Assembly: GCF_947568905.1 (NCBI RefSeq)
Contig: NC_079169.1
Span: 57,784,001 to 57,848,000, forward strand
Reading direction: 5' to 3'
Origin: Ostrea edulis
Taxonomy: Eukaryota
DNA: 64,000 bases
Each line of letters begins with the position of its first letter. Positions within the stretch are counted from its first letter, which is position 1. This document shows, one piece after another, positions 1 through 13,094 of this stretch. Below the pieces are notes generated by a model that did no database searches, was not told where the DNA came from, and saw nothing but the letters and a program-made list of their open reading frames with translations. A program made the translations under genes and the position numbers.

Positions 1-428
1 AAATCAACCATTCAAACATGCACACAGTTTACTTCTGGGTCAACGGTTGATTAATGGTTTCATGTCTCAATGAGAATATTTCACTCATGTCGACGCGACC
101 TCAGAGCCTTGGACTCCGTTCAGGCGGATCAGACGCGATATTTTAAAGTATATACTGATTGATTACTCATCTTCTGACATGAAACGCCAGGGTCGTAACA
201 CAACTGACCAACCGAGGTCTCTTATCACGTGGGGGAAAAGAACTGGTCAAGTTGAATACCTACTAGATTTAAAACACCCATGGGACACATCGCTCACCGA
301 GGCGACGTTTGGTCTAGAGCAAATAAATAGCAGTGTAGGTAACATGTCAGAATGCAAATCAATTTAACAATTATGTAACTGAATATATTTTAAAAAACAT
401 TTTAATCAAACTACATAGCCAATATTGA

Positions 429-939
429 AGGGACATGGACACGATTTGAGCTTGAATTTTTCTAAATTTATTATCTACAATGCTTAACTAAAGTATTTCT
501 AATGGTCAACCAAAATTTTATTATCAGTTGTTGAGTGACAAGTGAGATACAGCACTCGCAATTCTTTGTTGTGTAAACAAGGCCTGTGCTATGTTTTGTT
601 TACATATAGATTGCTTAATTGGAAATAGCATGTTTAAAACAAAATGAGATGTGCCAAACACTAGAAACTATCTAATTGTGTTCGGAATTAACTTGTAAAT
701 TTAAAAAATCTGCTTGAAACGAAAACTTTTACTAGTATATTTACCCTATGTAAACAAAAACATGGCACGAGCCTTGTTTACATAACAAAGCTCTGTATCT
801 CCCATGTACATCAACAACTGACATTCAATTTTTTGCTGACCATTAGAAATACCTTAAATAATGTAGTTAGACATTCTAAACATTAAAAATGAAAAAATAA
901 AATTTGGAAATTTTCAGTTCAAATCGTGTCGATGCCCCT
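429..939. mobile_element. Non-autonomous TIR DNA transposon (MITE)
   Basis: Left end agggacatggacacgatttga and right end tcaaatcgtgtcgatgcccct are imperfect inverted repeats. The interior is non-coding and partly palindromic. Confidence 0.55.
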
Positions 940-2742
940 TCAAGCTTTGAACCCACGGTGACCCGCTCTAGCTTCACTGACCAGTGACCATGACATGAAC
1001 AAATCTAAAACTGCACAACAGGAAGATGCTTACATATTTATCTGTACTATTGTCATTCTCTTAATATTCAAAGATTGTTTCCTGGCTCCCGGGTCGTGAC
1101 ATTAACATAAACGAGAGCACATAACATGCGAATGTATTTAAAGTCGTCAATTTATACCCTTGTGGTTTTTTAAAACAAAATATTCACTGACTAAGCAATG
1201 ATGAACTTTAAACCAATATTGTGAGCCCGCGCTGATGATTAATTTCATTTCAAGTTCTTAAGGTAGGTCCCTAGTCCTGGACCTACTTGTGATTTCTCAA
1301 AAATTTGAGTTTAAATACTTAGATTGTTCATTTGAGAGTATGATAAAAAATGGGGGGTTGTCAGTATAATGAGTAAATTATGGTATTTTTATTACGTGTA
1401 CCCCCATTTGTCAAACGGCAATATCAGAATTCATTGAAGAAATCCTAGAATATGTCCATAAAATTTTGTTTGAGGTATGATGCTGCAATTTTTTTCCTCC
1501 AATATTAAATAAATATGTCTAACTAAATAATTAAAAGTGAAATGTTACAGTTTCATGTTTTTTTTAATAATGGTGGTACAAAATTGAACCCAATACAGAC
1601 CCTCGGCAGTCAAAAATACGGCACTGCAACACCACTAATATGGATATTTTAAAAATTTGACTTGTGATTTTTCATTCAAACTCACATATTATGTTCATAT
1701 ATGAATGCTTGTTAAAATATATCTTAAAAAATCTGCCCTTTCTCAGCATAATATTTTCACAGCATCTCAATTTATATTTACATTTTTTGGCCAAAATAGC
1801 CATTTTGAAGATGATTTTCACATAATAGAAGATAACAAATATATAACAAGATAACAAATATATAACAAGTGCAGAATTGTTTTATTTATTTGCACAAGTG
1901 CATTATTGCATATCATGATTTTTTAAAATAATTTACAAATAATTTTAACATGTAATACCTCTGTATATCAATTAAACAAATATGTACCTCTGGTTTTATG
2001 TGTGAATTAGATGACAAAAAATGGAAAGAAGATTGGAGCCATAGTCTACTCAAATATAAGTGATTGAGTGTTATTGTACATGTATTCATTTTACTAAATT
2101 AAAAAACATCCAGGTAAATGTAAAAATACGTTTGATAATAATAGTACGTGAACCAATACCGGAGTTCGATCCGGACATGACGTCACGTTACTAGACCCCT
2201 ACTTTTAATAGAAAAAAATTATGTAAACTTTTGCATGAAAATGCAATTCCTTATTAAAGCATTTCAGTACACATGTTCTTCCTACAAACCGCAATGTATA
2301 ACTCAATCTAATGAAATTAGACCCTTTAATCCGCTGACGTACACTATGTATATCGCTTTCTACGTGATCGGATCAAAAGTTCTAATTTTAAGATTATGTA
2401 TAACTCAAGGTGAAATAAATCAAGCAGTAATCAAATTCTTGTAAATTTGTATGGTGTATCATTTTTATTTGATTAAGATATTCAACGCATAACAGAAGGA
2501 TAGTGAACAATTTTGAAGGATTTAAATCAGAATAATTGTCTATTGTTAAATAATGATGTAAGTGATGTAGATGAAATTCACCGGTAAATGATTAGAAGCT
2601 GACCATTTTGCACCTGAGACTTTTATAACTTTTATCTACCCTTTGTATAGATAAGAAAAAGCTCATTTTCTAAATATGTGTGTGGTAAATGATTAATCTT
2701 CTTTCATATTTTCATAAAGAGAAAGAGTATGTAATTGTCTAC

Positions 2743-3142
2743 CGAAACGCGCATCTGGTGCATCAAAATTGGTACCGTATAAGTTTTACATTATGACCCC
2801 TGGGTCGAGGCCTCTGCTGGTGGACTGTTAGTCCCCGAGGGTCTCTACAGCCCAGTAGCTAAGTACTTCGTTACTAGCTTGAAAATACGGATGTATATTT
2901 AATTGCTGTTATAAAATTTAGAAATTCATTTCAAAATTAAGGATTATCTCCCTCATGCATAGCTCTTATCCTTGGACGATTTTGGCTCCACTTTTTTGGC
3001 ACGCTGTTTTTGGCTATATTTAGCTCCAAAACTTCATAGTTATTTCGGATTTCAAACATTTCGGTTGAGCATCACTGAAGAGACATTATTTGTCGAAATG
3101 CGCATCTGGTGCATCAAAATTGGTACCGTATAAGTTTTACAT
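2743..3142 (+). mobile_element. Retrozyme-like head-to-tail repeat, 351-nt period
   Basis: The block gcgcatctggtgcatcaaaattggtaccgtataagttttaca occurs near 2749 and near 3100, an offset of 351. The second copy is part of a complete hammerhead motif; the first is 5'-truncated. Confidence 0.75.
3069..3112 (+). ncRNA. Minimal type-I hammerhead ribozyme
   Basis: Stem I GCATCA(3069-74)/TGGTGC(3107-12); core CTGAAGA (3075-81); stem II GACA-TTATT-TGTC; GAAA (3095-98); palindromic stem III ATGCGCAT; AUC cleavage triplet, predicted cut after 3106. Confidence 0.8.
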
Positions 3143-3666
3143 GAAGAGATAATTTCTTTTTAAAATATTTTAATAAAACATGCTCTTCCCTTAGACTTCA
3201 ATGTTAAATTCTAGTTGAATTAAATCAAACAGTATACAAACTTTTGAAAAATCCTATAATGGATTATTTTTAATTGAAGATCCCTTCAAAATGATACCAT
3301 GATTGCAAAAATCACACCATCCATTTACTAGATATGAAATATGATCTTTATACATATAATACTTATGGCAATCTGTTTTGGTTGTTGTTTTCAAAGAGTT
3401 TAACTATATAAAACAATTTAAAATACTAAGCCCCGAGCGCCATGGCTTGAGCGCCATGGCTTAAACAAACCTGAACTCTCAGTATACATGTATAAGCATT
3501 ATTTGCATTCAGTTACGAATATTTTGGTCTCTTGGTTCTTCAAAAGAAGATTCTTTTAACAGCCCGATCCGTTTTTCCTGGAGGTGGTCCTTCATTTAAA
3601 TTGTTGAGTCCTTTTTATTAAAGTATGATTTTGGACAAGTTTGGTTAAAATTATCCTAGTAGGTCA

Positions 3667-3930
3667 TGATTGATTTAATATTGTTTAACGTCCCTCTCGA
3701 GAATATTTCACTCATATGGAGATGTCACCACTGCCGGTGAAGGGCTGCAAATATTTGGCCTATTCTTGGCGCTTATAGCCTCTGAGCAGGGAGGGATCTT
3801 TATCGTGCCACACCTCCTGTGAGACGGGGCCTCTGTTTTTGCGGTCTCACCCGAAGGACCGCCCCATTTAGTCGCATTTTACGACAAGCAAGAGGTACTG
3901 TGGACCTCTTCTAACCTGGATCTCTACGGG
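3667..3930 (-). mobile_element. SINE, 5'-truncated copy
   Basis: The (gatt)-like tail and aatatttcactcatatggagatgtcacc body resemble the SINE copies at 13095-13960 and 34525-34866. Confidence 0.65.
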
Positions 3931-4269
3931 ATTAGTAGGTCATGAGAAGAAGTCACAAAATTGAACATTTTGAATGCGACATAAAACAGACGACAACAAA
4001 CGGACGACAGACGACAACAAACGGACAACAGACGAATATTAATTAGGAAAGGTCAAATGTTAACCCACTGATCTACATGTAACCTAGGTAACCAGATATA
4101 CAAAGACTATATTGTTCATACTTATGATTATATGCATCTGTATTTCGGAAGGGTGCACCACTTTAAAGGCACTTGGGGGTGTAATATCACTCAAACGTAC
4201 AAATATAAATATTGAGTTTAATTTTTATATTCACACATACAATGTCCTCTCGTTATTTTGCATTGATGA

Positions 4270-4590
4270 AAAGCGAAGATAACGAACAGTGATCAATCTC
4301 ATAACTCCCATAGAGAATACAGATTAAATATTTGGGCATACACGGACCCCTTGGACATACCAGAGGTGGGGACAGGTGCCTAGAAGGAGTAAGCATTCTC
4401 TGTCGACCGGTCACAGCCGCCGTGAGCGCTGTCTTGATCAGGTAAACAGAGTTTGTTTGTTTTTTGCCGTTTTCCGCCACACTCAACAATTTTTCAGTTA
4501 TCTGGTGGCGCCCAGTTTTCATTGGTGGAAGAGAGAACCCAGATACAATGTACCTGGGAAAAGACCACCGACCTACCGAAAGTAACACAC
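4270..4590 (-). mobile_element. Penelope-like 3'-end fragment fused to a SINE fragment
   Basis: 4270-4445 matches the recurrent gataacgaacagtgatcaatctcataactc...ggatcaggtgcctag block. 4445-4590 is the reverse complement of the SINE core at 18900-19050. Confidence 0.6.
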
Positions 4591-5295
4591 CCCCCCTAAA
4601 TACCCATATGATATCCAAAGAATGAACTTTTTCACAGATTTAGCCATATTTGAATAAAATTTGTCACATACTTAAGCATATGTTCTATAATTACTCTGAC
4701 GGCCAATTTGCTTTTGACCTAGATTCAAGGTCTTGCACCATAAAAAAGTTGATAAGGTTTCTGCACTCAATTAAACGTATGTCATAGATATAAAATCCAC
4801 AGACAAACCTTCTTGATGAAATTTGTCTTACCTTTTCAATTTATAAAGTTTTAGTAAGTTGCTGAGTATTTGAAGATACTGATTAAAATGGGGGGGGGGG
4901 GGTCTTTCCTTTCTTTTGTTTTTTGTTTTTTTTTTTGTTTTTTTTTTTGTTGTTGTTGTTGTTTTTTTTTTTGGTTTTGTTGAAGTATTGATCGTGTAAA
5001 AGCGAAATTTCATAACAATTGCATATTGATTTTAAAACCAAACTACGATGTTATTCAGTCAGTCTAATTTGTTCCACTGACCTATATAAACAAACGTCAC
5101 GTTTTTATATTATTTATTGGTATCCAGACAGTTATTCTACACAACACGTAAACAGTGTGTACCCATCCATGCGATCAATCGAATACGAAACGCAAGTTCA
5201 TCACAGAAGAGCTGATATTTCAAAAACTGCATCATTCCAAGAATGTGCCAGAGTTTTTGCATGAAATATCAATCATATATACAACAGTTTTTGTA

Positions 5296-6549
5296 TTAAA
5301 TTAAAAGCAAAAGACTAAACAAAATCCAATGAAAGAAAATGAAAATGTAAAAATAGTGTGTTAACACTTTATCATATCCTTTTGCCAAAGTTTTCCAATT
5401 CGTAATTTTGTCCAAATCTTTAATTTCCGTGTTTCTCCTCACAAAAGCTTTATCTCCAACATTATTCTCTCCCATCTGAAAAGATTCTGTCTTTGTTTTC
5501 TTACAACAACTGAACAGACAACGAAACTGGAGAAATTTCAGAAGATTTAACAATATTCTGGACACTTCCGTATTCGATTCTCTGAAATGAAGGCACAAGG
5601 TAAATATAGTCAAAAGAATGGCGATTGTACTCATGCACATCGTCTCAATTAAAAAATACGACATCAGAGCCATAGGTTCCGATGACTTTGGCATGTTGTC
5701 ACTAAGCAACGTCATGAAAACAGCAAACGACAAGAAAATTGTAATTGCATAAGACAAGCGTTCTCCACTGTCCACTGGCAGAACAAAAACCAAAGGGTTA
5801 AGAATGGACAAAAGGAGAATGGGGACAAGCATGTTGAAGACAAAATATATAGACTTTCTTTTGAATGTCAATCTGATTTTCAACCCAGTGACTTTCCCTC
5901 CAAAATCATGATACAACAAGGTAGCGTCTTCTAAATCCCACTGTCCGTTCTTCTTATAGTAGGACGTGTCCACTGCAGTGTTGTTATTCATGGGAACCAG
6001 CGTCGCTTCACTTCTATAATATCCCCACAGTGCTAGTGTTAACGTACACTCCTGTGTGTCAAACGGGAATTTATACATATTAACATTGCACAGAGATTGG
6101 ATCAATCCACCGGGTGACCATAACACGGTGCCGTCACTCTGGATCCTTCCAATGAAATCATCACTACCAATAGCTTCCATTTTATTGGCAGGATCTATCA
6201 TAAAAATGTTGGGAACCCAAATGGCTTTCTTCGGAAGAGTTAAACTTTCCAGTTCACCATAACTGCTGGGATCCCAAGAGAGATGGAAGTCTTTCCAAGA
6301 CATTAAAACGCCAGCAACTATTGATACCATACCGGACACTTCATCTAGATCGTTCAGAGAAAATAAAAACACTCTCAAACTTACTTCAGTTGTTTCTGAT
6401 AGATTGAATTGTGGACGAAGATCTGGTGTGTAATTCCTAAACAGGTCTTGGTAAAGAGAAAGGCTGTCGGAGAACATTGCTCCCCAAACCTGAGTTTCAA
6501 ATGTCACAAAAATCAAAAACATAGGACGAATAAACGATGTTGTCTTCAT
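5296..6549 (-). CDS. Intronless Cys-loop ligand-gated ion channel subunit (nicotinic acetylcholine receptor-like, non-alpha type), 417 aa
   Basis: Uninterrupted ORF with a signal-peptide-like N-terminus, WxPxI motif (WVPNIF), Cys-loop CNVNMYKFPFDTQEC, M1 ...LVFVLP, M2 DSGERLSYAITIFLSFAVFMTLLSD, M3 and a C-terminal M4. Confidence 0.93.
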   Translation of the reverse strand: MKTTSFIRPMFLIFVTFETQVWGAMFSDSLSLYQDLFRNYTPDLRPQFNLSETTEVSLRVFLFSLNDLDEVSGMVSIVAGVLMSWKDFHLSWDPSSYGELESLTLPKKAIWVPNIFMIDPANKMEAIGSDDFIGRIQSDGTVLWSPGGLIQSLCNVNMYKFPFDTQECTLTLALWGYYRSEATLVPMNNNTAVDTSYYKKNGQWDLEDATLLYHDFGGKVTGLKIRLTFKRKSIYFVFNMLVPILLLSILNPLVFVLPVDSGERLSYAITIFLSFAVFMTLLSDNMPKSSEPMALMSYFLIETMCMSTIAILLTIFTLCLHFRESNTEVSRILLNLLKFLQFRCLFSCCKKTKTESFQMGENNVGDKAFVRRNTEIKDLDKITNWKTLAKGYDKVLTHYFYIFIFFHWILFSLLLLI

Positions 6550-7784
6550 ATTATCTTGAAGAAGCTTCTTAATACCAATTAACTCGAGAAATATTAACGA
6601 GTCCTGTAATTGTGTAGCGACAAATACTCCACCGTATGGTTTTAATCATTGGATTAAAGAATACGTAAACAGATTATATCGTATTAAAATCCATTTAACC
6701 TTTCTCTACCGGCACATTTTAGAGGTTTTAAAGACTAAAAGACAATATTTTCGAAATCGATCTGTACTGTACTGATTAATTACTGGTGTTATCTTACAAA
6801 GTATTCCTTTAGAAACCATCTCTAGACGAATCAAGTATGTCAAAGGTGCCAAATTTAAACTGTCGATGCCATGACACAAAACGAAAAAAATGTTAATGGA
6901 TGTTCCTGTTTCCTCACTTAAATAAGCTTATTTCCCACGACGGGTGTGACAGGTCAACAGGGGATGCTTACTCCTCCTAAGCATATGACCCCATGTCTCG
7001 GGGTCCGTGTTTGTCATACTTTTAATTCTACTGAAGTTATGAGATTGATCACTGTTCGTTATCTTTGCCTTACACCATTGTGGTCGCATGTTTCGAAACT
7101 ACAAAAGCAAAATATTTTCTTATCATTTACCCAATTCCCCAATCTTCCATGTGATTCAACACATCATGAATGTGTGCACAAACATTTTCTAAAACTAATT
7201 ACTTTATTACGAAATTTTCAAATATTAGACAAAATTAACTGCAGTACTTAGAATGATCCGTTGCATATTATTATGGCATGTGCTGTTTTAAAACGCGATC
7301 TTCATCCACTGTATATTATCTCGCCCACATAAAGGGACTGTCGTTCTATGTGTTTCATGAACGATTGCTAAAGTGTGACGTTCGATTGCTTTGAAGTCCC
7401 TTTAGATCAATGTACTCACTTTCCAAAAACTTGAATAAACAATATTTAGTCAAACTACAAGTATATGTGTACCTTGACATAGAATTGGTAATGGTTTTAC
7501 GCTGTTTTGGCATTATTTCAGCCATTTTACGGACTTTTTGGCATTATATCAGCCATTTTACGGCCTTGACATTGAAAATACCTAAAAGTAAAGGGCAATG
7601 TTTGGCTAATCTATCGGGTCTCCCTTCAAAAGATTTAATATTTTTAAATGACATAGATTAATTATGAATTGGTAACATAAATTCAATCTCACTTTATTTT
7701 AATAGATTTTTATCTTTCAACCAATCAGTTTTAAATCCACATCACTATGAATTCTTATTTCTTAACATGTAAATTTTAATGAAA

Positions 7785-8085
7785 AGGTGACAATAACAAC
7801 AGTAATCAATCTCATAAATTCTATAAAAAAAAAATACAAAATTAGGAGTAGGTTAAACAACGACTCGGTACACATCAGAAGTGGGATCAGATACCTAGGA
7901 GGAGTAAGCATCCCCTGTTCACCGGTCACACCCGCTGTGAGCCCTATGTATTGATCAGGTAAACGGAGAAATCCGTAGTCAAAATCAACGGCCAAACAAT
8001 TCGTATAAAATATGTCAGACAGCATTCGACCTAATGACAGGTTTTATTTAGATTATTCTAAAGACCACAGAATTTGCGAAATGTA
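7785..8085 (-). mobile_element. Penelope-like 3'-end fragment
   Basis: Same recurrent block as 56590-57000. An opposite-orientation fragment lies at about 6935-7060. Confidence 0.6.
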
Positions 8086-8236
8086 GACTTTAAAGTGATC
8101 CCCACCCCTACCCAACGATACCAGACTTTAAAGTGATCTCCACCCCTACCCAACGATACCAGACTTTAAAGTGATCCCCACCCCTACCCAACGATACCAG
8201 ACTTTAAAGTGAACCCCACCCCTACCCAACGATACC
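8085..8236. repeat. Minisatellite, 4 x 38 bp
   Basis: agactttaaagtgatccccacccctacccaacgatacc starts at 8085, 8123, 8161 and 8199. Confidence 0.9.
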
Positions 8237-8351
8237 ATTTTCTGAACGTCATGAAACAATTTATAGAAGATAATTCCTACTTCATATATATATGCACATT
8301 ACAAAATTGTATTTTTAAATAAGAATGAAAATAATATATAACTAAATTTTA

Positions 8352-8540
8352 ACTCACATAGAGACATCACCAGTTCTAGAGAAAGTGTCACAATTTTCAC
8401 TCATATAAAGGCGTCACCAGTTCTAGATGAGGTGTCACAGTTTTCACTCATATAGAGACGTCACCAGTTCTAGATGAGGTGTCACAATTTTCACTCATAT
8501 AAGAACATCACCAGTTCTAGATGAAGAGTCACAATTTTGA
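8352..8540. repeat. Minisatellite, about 4 x 47 bp, derived from a SINE segment
   Basis: actcatatagagacgtcaccagttctagatgaggtgtcacaattttc units start near 8352, 8399, 8446 and 8493. A degenerate SINE body follows to about 8750. Confidence 0.75.
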
Positions 8541-9039
8541 CCTATGAATATGCCATCCAAAGTCTTAGCAGTGAGGGAGGCCTAATGTAACATAGGATCT
8601 CGGTTTTTCTACAAAGACCTGTGACGTTTACTTCGAATGCTAAGCTGTTGGCAAAGGAACAGTCACTGTCTGTGTAAAACATCTTAAATTTGACGTGGTA
8701 CCAGGATCCAGAATTATACTCAGGAAAGAGAACCTAAACCACTGGGCTATCATGACCATTAGAAAGCTAAGTCAAACAGATCGAATTTATCTATAAATGA
8801 AAATTACGAAATAGTCATATAAGCAACATAGATAACCCAAGGATATTCAGAGCCAAACCAGAAATGACAAGATCATAAAGCAAACTAAAGTATACTGCCA
8901 ACAGTACATAATACGCCCGTGAAAAGCTAATATAGGGTGTTTTTCTTACACCATGATTTGTAGAATTTGGCTTCAAGTAGTATCAGCAATCATCAGGGTG
9001 TGACATACTTTCTTTGCGTCATTAAAACAGACAAATAAT

Positions 9040-9510
9040 GTGAAGACAAGTAATATTTTCACTTGGCATAAGATGTATGTGTACAAAGTTTGATGGTCCT
9101 AACCCCAACAGTTCAGTCTGTATCCTGCTATTACGACCTTGACCTTTGACCTTGAGAAACAATAGGCATCCTCCACTTAAGTGTATGTGTACCAAGTTTG
9201 ATGGTCCTAACCCAAACAGTTCAGTCTGGTTACTGCCTACAAGGTTTTCCTACCAAGTGATACTGTGACATTGACCTTGAAAAATAATAGGCATCTTCCT
9301 CTCATTATGGTCATCAAATGTACCAAGTTGCAATATCCTGAAGCTTACGGTTCAGTTTGTATCCTGCCTACAAGGTTTTCCTACCAAGTGATATTGCGAC
9401 CTTGACCTTTGACCTTGTAATATCCTGGAGCTTACGGTGCGGTCTGTATCCTGCCCACAAGGTCCGGACAGACGGATGATGTCATACCCTAATACGCCAG
9501 GTGTATAAAA
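9040..9510 (-). mobile_element. Degenerate Helentron-associated (HINE-like) element with internal tandem units
   Basis: Repeated gtaccaagtttgatggtcctaacc and gaccttgacctttgacctt motifs, with a ggacagacggatg microsatellite-like end. Confidence 0.4.
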
Positions 9511-12500
9511 AAGTGAAATTGACATTTAATGCAACACATCTATACAATGATTATTAACCAACAGCAGTATGGGTTCAGAGGATGTGACTATCAACTAACC
9601 AAGCGTGGAACGGAACAAGTAACTAACAGCAGTATGGGTTCAAAGAATGTGACTATCAACTAACCAAACGTGGAACAAGTGCATGCATACCTTTAGCCAT
9701 AAAACCTTCCATCATTCATCCCAAACCAAATCAATTAACTTATTAGGGTAAAATCATTCGTGGACAACCTATCAAAAATGACTGCTAGCTTACACTTCCA
9801 GACATTGAAACTAAGCTAAATATTGAAAACTAGTTTGATAGATGTTCAATACACATTCATCTCTTACATCATAAATACTGACATATCTCAGATAATTGCA
9901 AACTTCTCAGTTGTAAAGGTGGTTGTTCACCTTTTTTCAAATGTCAACATTCCTCCTCTTTGATTCATTAAAGCTTGTTCCACTTCCAAATATAAATGTG
10001 ACACCATTTCCTCTGCCTTTTCTTACCTCATTACATGTATATTATTACCGCGGGCATAAAGTAAAATACAGAAGACTCAATTTAACTCTGCAACTTTAAT
10101 TCATGGCCATCATGAAGGTATTTGTTGCACCTTCTGTAACACTAACAGAAATAATCTATCCTCATAAATTTACCTTACATGAAGAACCCATACCTTACCC
10201 TCTGTATTCATAAATTTGTGGCGATCAGACTTGCCAGTAGCAAGAAAGCCCTGAATTCATATATCCTGGCATGGCTTATGAATTTGCGTAGTTGCCTTAG
10301 CATGAAGAAAAGGTAATAACAAATGATTTTCCTTATGAACGAGTTGAGATTTCATAAAAAATTATGTTTCACTTATCAGTCTGATATAGTAGGATCATCA
10401 AACGAAAACATCACAAAAGTAAGTGATTTACAGGAACTCCCCAATCACCAAGAATGAAACATGCTATTGCACCTGTAATAGTGAATTAAAAAGGTTCAAA
10501 CCTGAGTTTTAAATTATTGTCCATTCTTTTGAAAGAATACTGTATCTTTAATTTCTACATTAAAGTGCAATTATAAAATGAAAATAAGCTCACTTGAACT
10601 TTCATCTCAGAAAGTGAAAGTTAATGATCAAGTCCCTTAATTAATAATTGTATAAGAAACAAAAGTTTGATACAAAATTTAAGGTTAATTGATACTGATG
10701 TTTTTAAAACTTCAATTGGGTGTTCTGTTTGGGAAAATATATAAACAAATTCATAAATGCACACCTCTAAGTCTCTACTACATGCATTTGTATTTTAAAT
10801 CACAAAATTGAAATACATGTCTAGAGGATATACATGTAAATATTGACAATATTTTAGATGAAATAGAAATGGCAAAATCATGCAGATTTATTGCCTTTTG
10901 ATTCAAAACATCCCTCTGTCACAAAATGTAGTCCTTTAAAAAGCCTTTCTAACTTTGAATTCAAATAAAAAAGATTTCATCTGCATAAGGTTTAGTAACA
11001 ACTATATAATATATTTGAACCAATGAAAATGGTATAGAACTACCGTAGATCAGTTCACCTATGAGTTGGTTGTATAGTTTAGAAGGAATTGCCATTGACC
11101 CATTTATAAGTCGGTCTAACTTTTTTCAAGAATCGGTTGACAATTTCAATCTAATGTTTTTACCTGTGTTTCTAATAATATTTTGAGAAACGTGCTGATA
11201 TTTGATATTTTAGATCCAACAAATCAATTTCATATCAATACTTTCATGTGTTTATCTGTGTTCCAATAATATTTTGGGATATGACATTGATATTTCACTT
11301 TTTATTCTCAACAAATTAAACAGTTATTATTTTGTTTACTTCGTCCATGTCTTTGTAGTTTAAGAAATACTAGGCTATACATTACGCCATCCAGAAAAAT
11401 ACTAATCTTCTTAGGACACTCCTAGAAGTCGGACATATAGTGTTGGACCAAAATTTAAATCCGAAAAATCCGACTTATTGGCGAGTATATACGGTAGTAA
11501 CCTACATGTACTTAGTTATAACATTTTGCATGATGGTACTCAAAAGCTGAGGAGCTTGCATCCTTAATGAGGAATGATACAATAAACTGGGAACTGAAGT
11601 TGAAACCTGGCCCTGCAATGCCCTAAATACTGTCTGATTAAGCTATCCTTGTCGATAGCCAGCTGACCACTGATACCACGTTCTTCCTCTGTGACTCTTC
11701 AGATTTCTTCCTCCAATGAAATCTCTCACACAAAACTCCTCTTCACACCAAATCAGTATTTTGTAAGGCATCAATGTAAGAAAACAATGATAATAAAAGA
11801 TGTGGCTGGACTGGAAATCACACCTGAGACCTCTACATCAAAAGATAGATGCTTTATCCACTGAGCCATCCAGGTCAACAGCGGTCAATATCCAAGGTCC
11901 ATCTAAAATGCCAGCTAACTTGTAAAATGACATTCAATACTCTCTTTTCAGCCTCAGAGAATATTGTAATCAGGTTTTCTGAAGTTCTGAATGTGCATTT
12001 ATGATTAAACCAGTGGATTTTCCAAAATGAAGTTTTAGAAAAATTACCAGTCCCATCAGACTGACTGATGCAAATGTCAGTCAGTTTGCCAGACTTCCAA
12101 CAAGTCACAACTGATGTGTATATGTTCATTTTGAGCCCTGCATTTATTCCATTGGGTGAAATACACCCGATAACAAGGTACCTTTGTTTGAATTCACTGC
12201 CTTGTACAAATACTCTTTATTTCACAAGTCTACACTTTTGGGGTGGACTCTCTTTCACTGCTTAATAAAAGTCCCAGGTAACTTCCTGCTATAAAATGAT
12301 CTTCACCTGCAAGACCAGGGGTGGTGCACAGCACCAATCTAGTATAATATCTAAATTGTGTGTACATATATTATATGGAAAATGGAAAATATTTATTACT
12401 GGACCAGGAATCACACCAGGGATTCCTGTATTACAAGTCAGGTACCTCACGGTGCAGTGCTCTGACCACTGAGATATCCATTGTCCATATAACCCAAACT

Positions 12501-13094
12501 ACTTCATTTGTACAAAAAAGGTGTACTTCACATGGCAATATTTACATTCACTGAATCTTTCTCTTATATTTTTATTGAAATTGACATTGCTTTCATCTAC
12601 AACAATGAATGCATGTTGGTTGCAAACTACTTTGATCCGGTTTTTTAGTATGTACCACCTGTCTGTGTAATCAATACCAAATATGGAACGTCATCAAGGT
12701 CAAAGGGTGCATTGGCTGTTCCGTTTAACTTAATGAATGGTCAACCATATGATATTTTAATACTTAAAACTAGTTTGAATTTTAAAACAAAGCATAAAAA
12801 TATAAACACAAATCCCCGTGTAAGCGGGCTATTTAAATTTTTTCTGCAATGCTTGCTACATTCATCACCCAATGAAATAACAAAGAAAAACATCTTATCG
12901 TTTAACTTAAACATGATGTGATAAATTTTGTAATAGTAAGAGGACAGGGCTCAAGTACAGAATAAGACGAAAATAGTTCTTTTAACATTGTGTAGGAATA
13001 TTTTAAGTAACATTGAAAATTTGTTTCCTATCTATTGATGATTAAATTAATATTCAAATATATTTGATTAGTTTTTTTGCTTCTTATATGACCC

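Noticed and set aside
2790-2880. GC-rich structured block in the retrozyme unit as a second ribozyme (HDV-like or twister)
   Set aside because: It has several small hairpins, but I could not fit the nested pseudoknot or conserved catalytic nucleotides by eye. A covariance-model search would be needed.
8085-8540. Short regular repeats resembling a CRISPR array
   Set aside because: The units are contiguous with no unique spacers, there are no cas genes, and the context is eukaryotic. The same applies to 13293-13488 and 42050-42343.
9890-12300. Exon-like segments (for example minus-strand GFLATGKSDRHKFMNTEG near 10200-10250 and the ORF at 11875-12129) as missing METTL1 exons or another gene
   Set aside because: They show no METTL1 motifs, weak acceptors and early stops, and I could not chain them into a coherent ORF.
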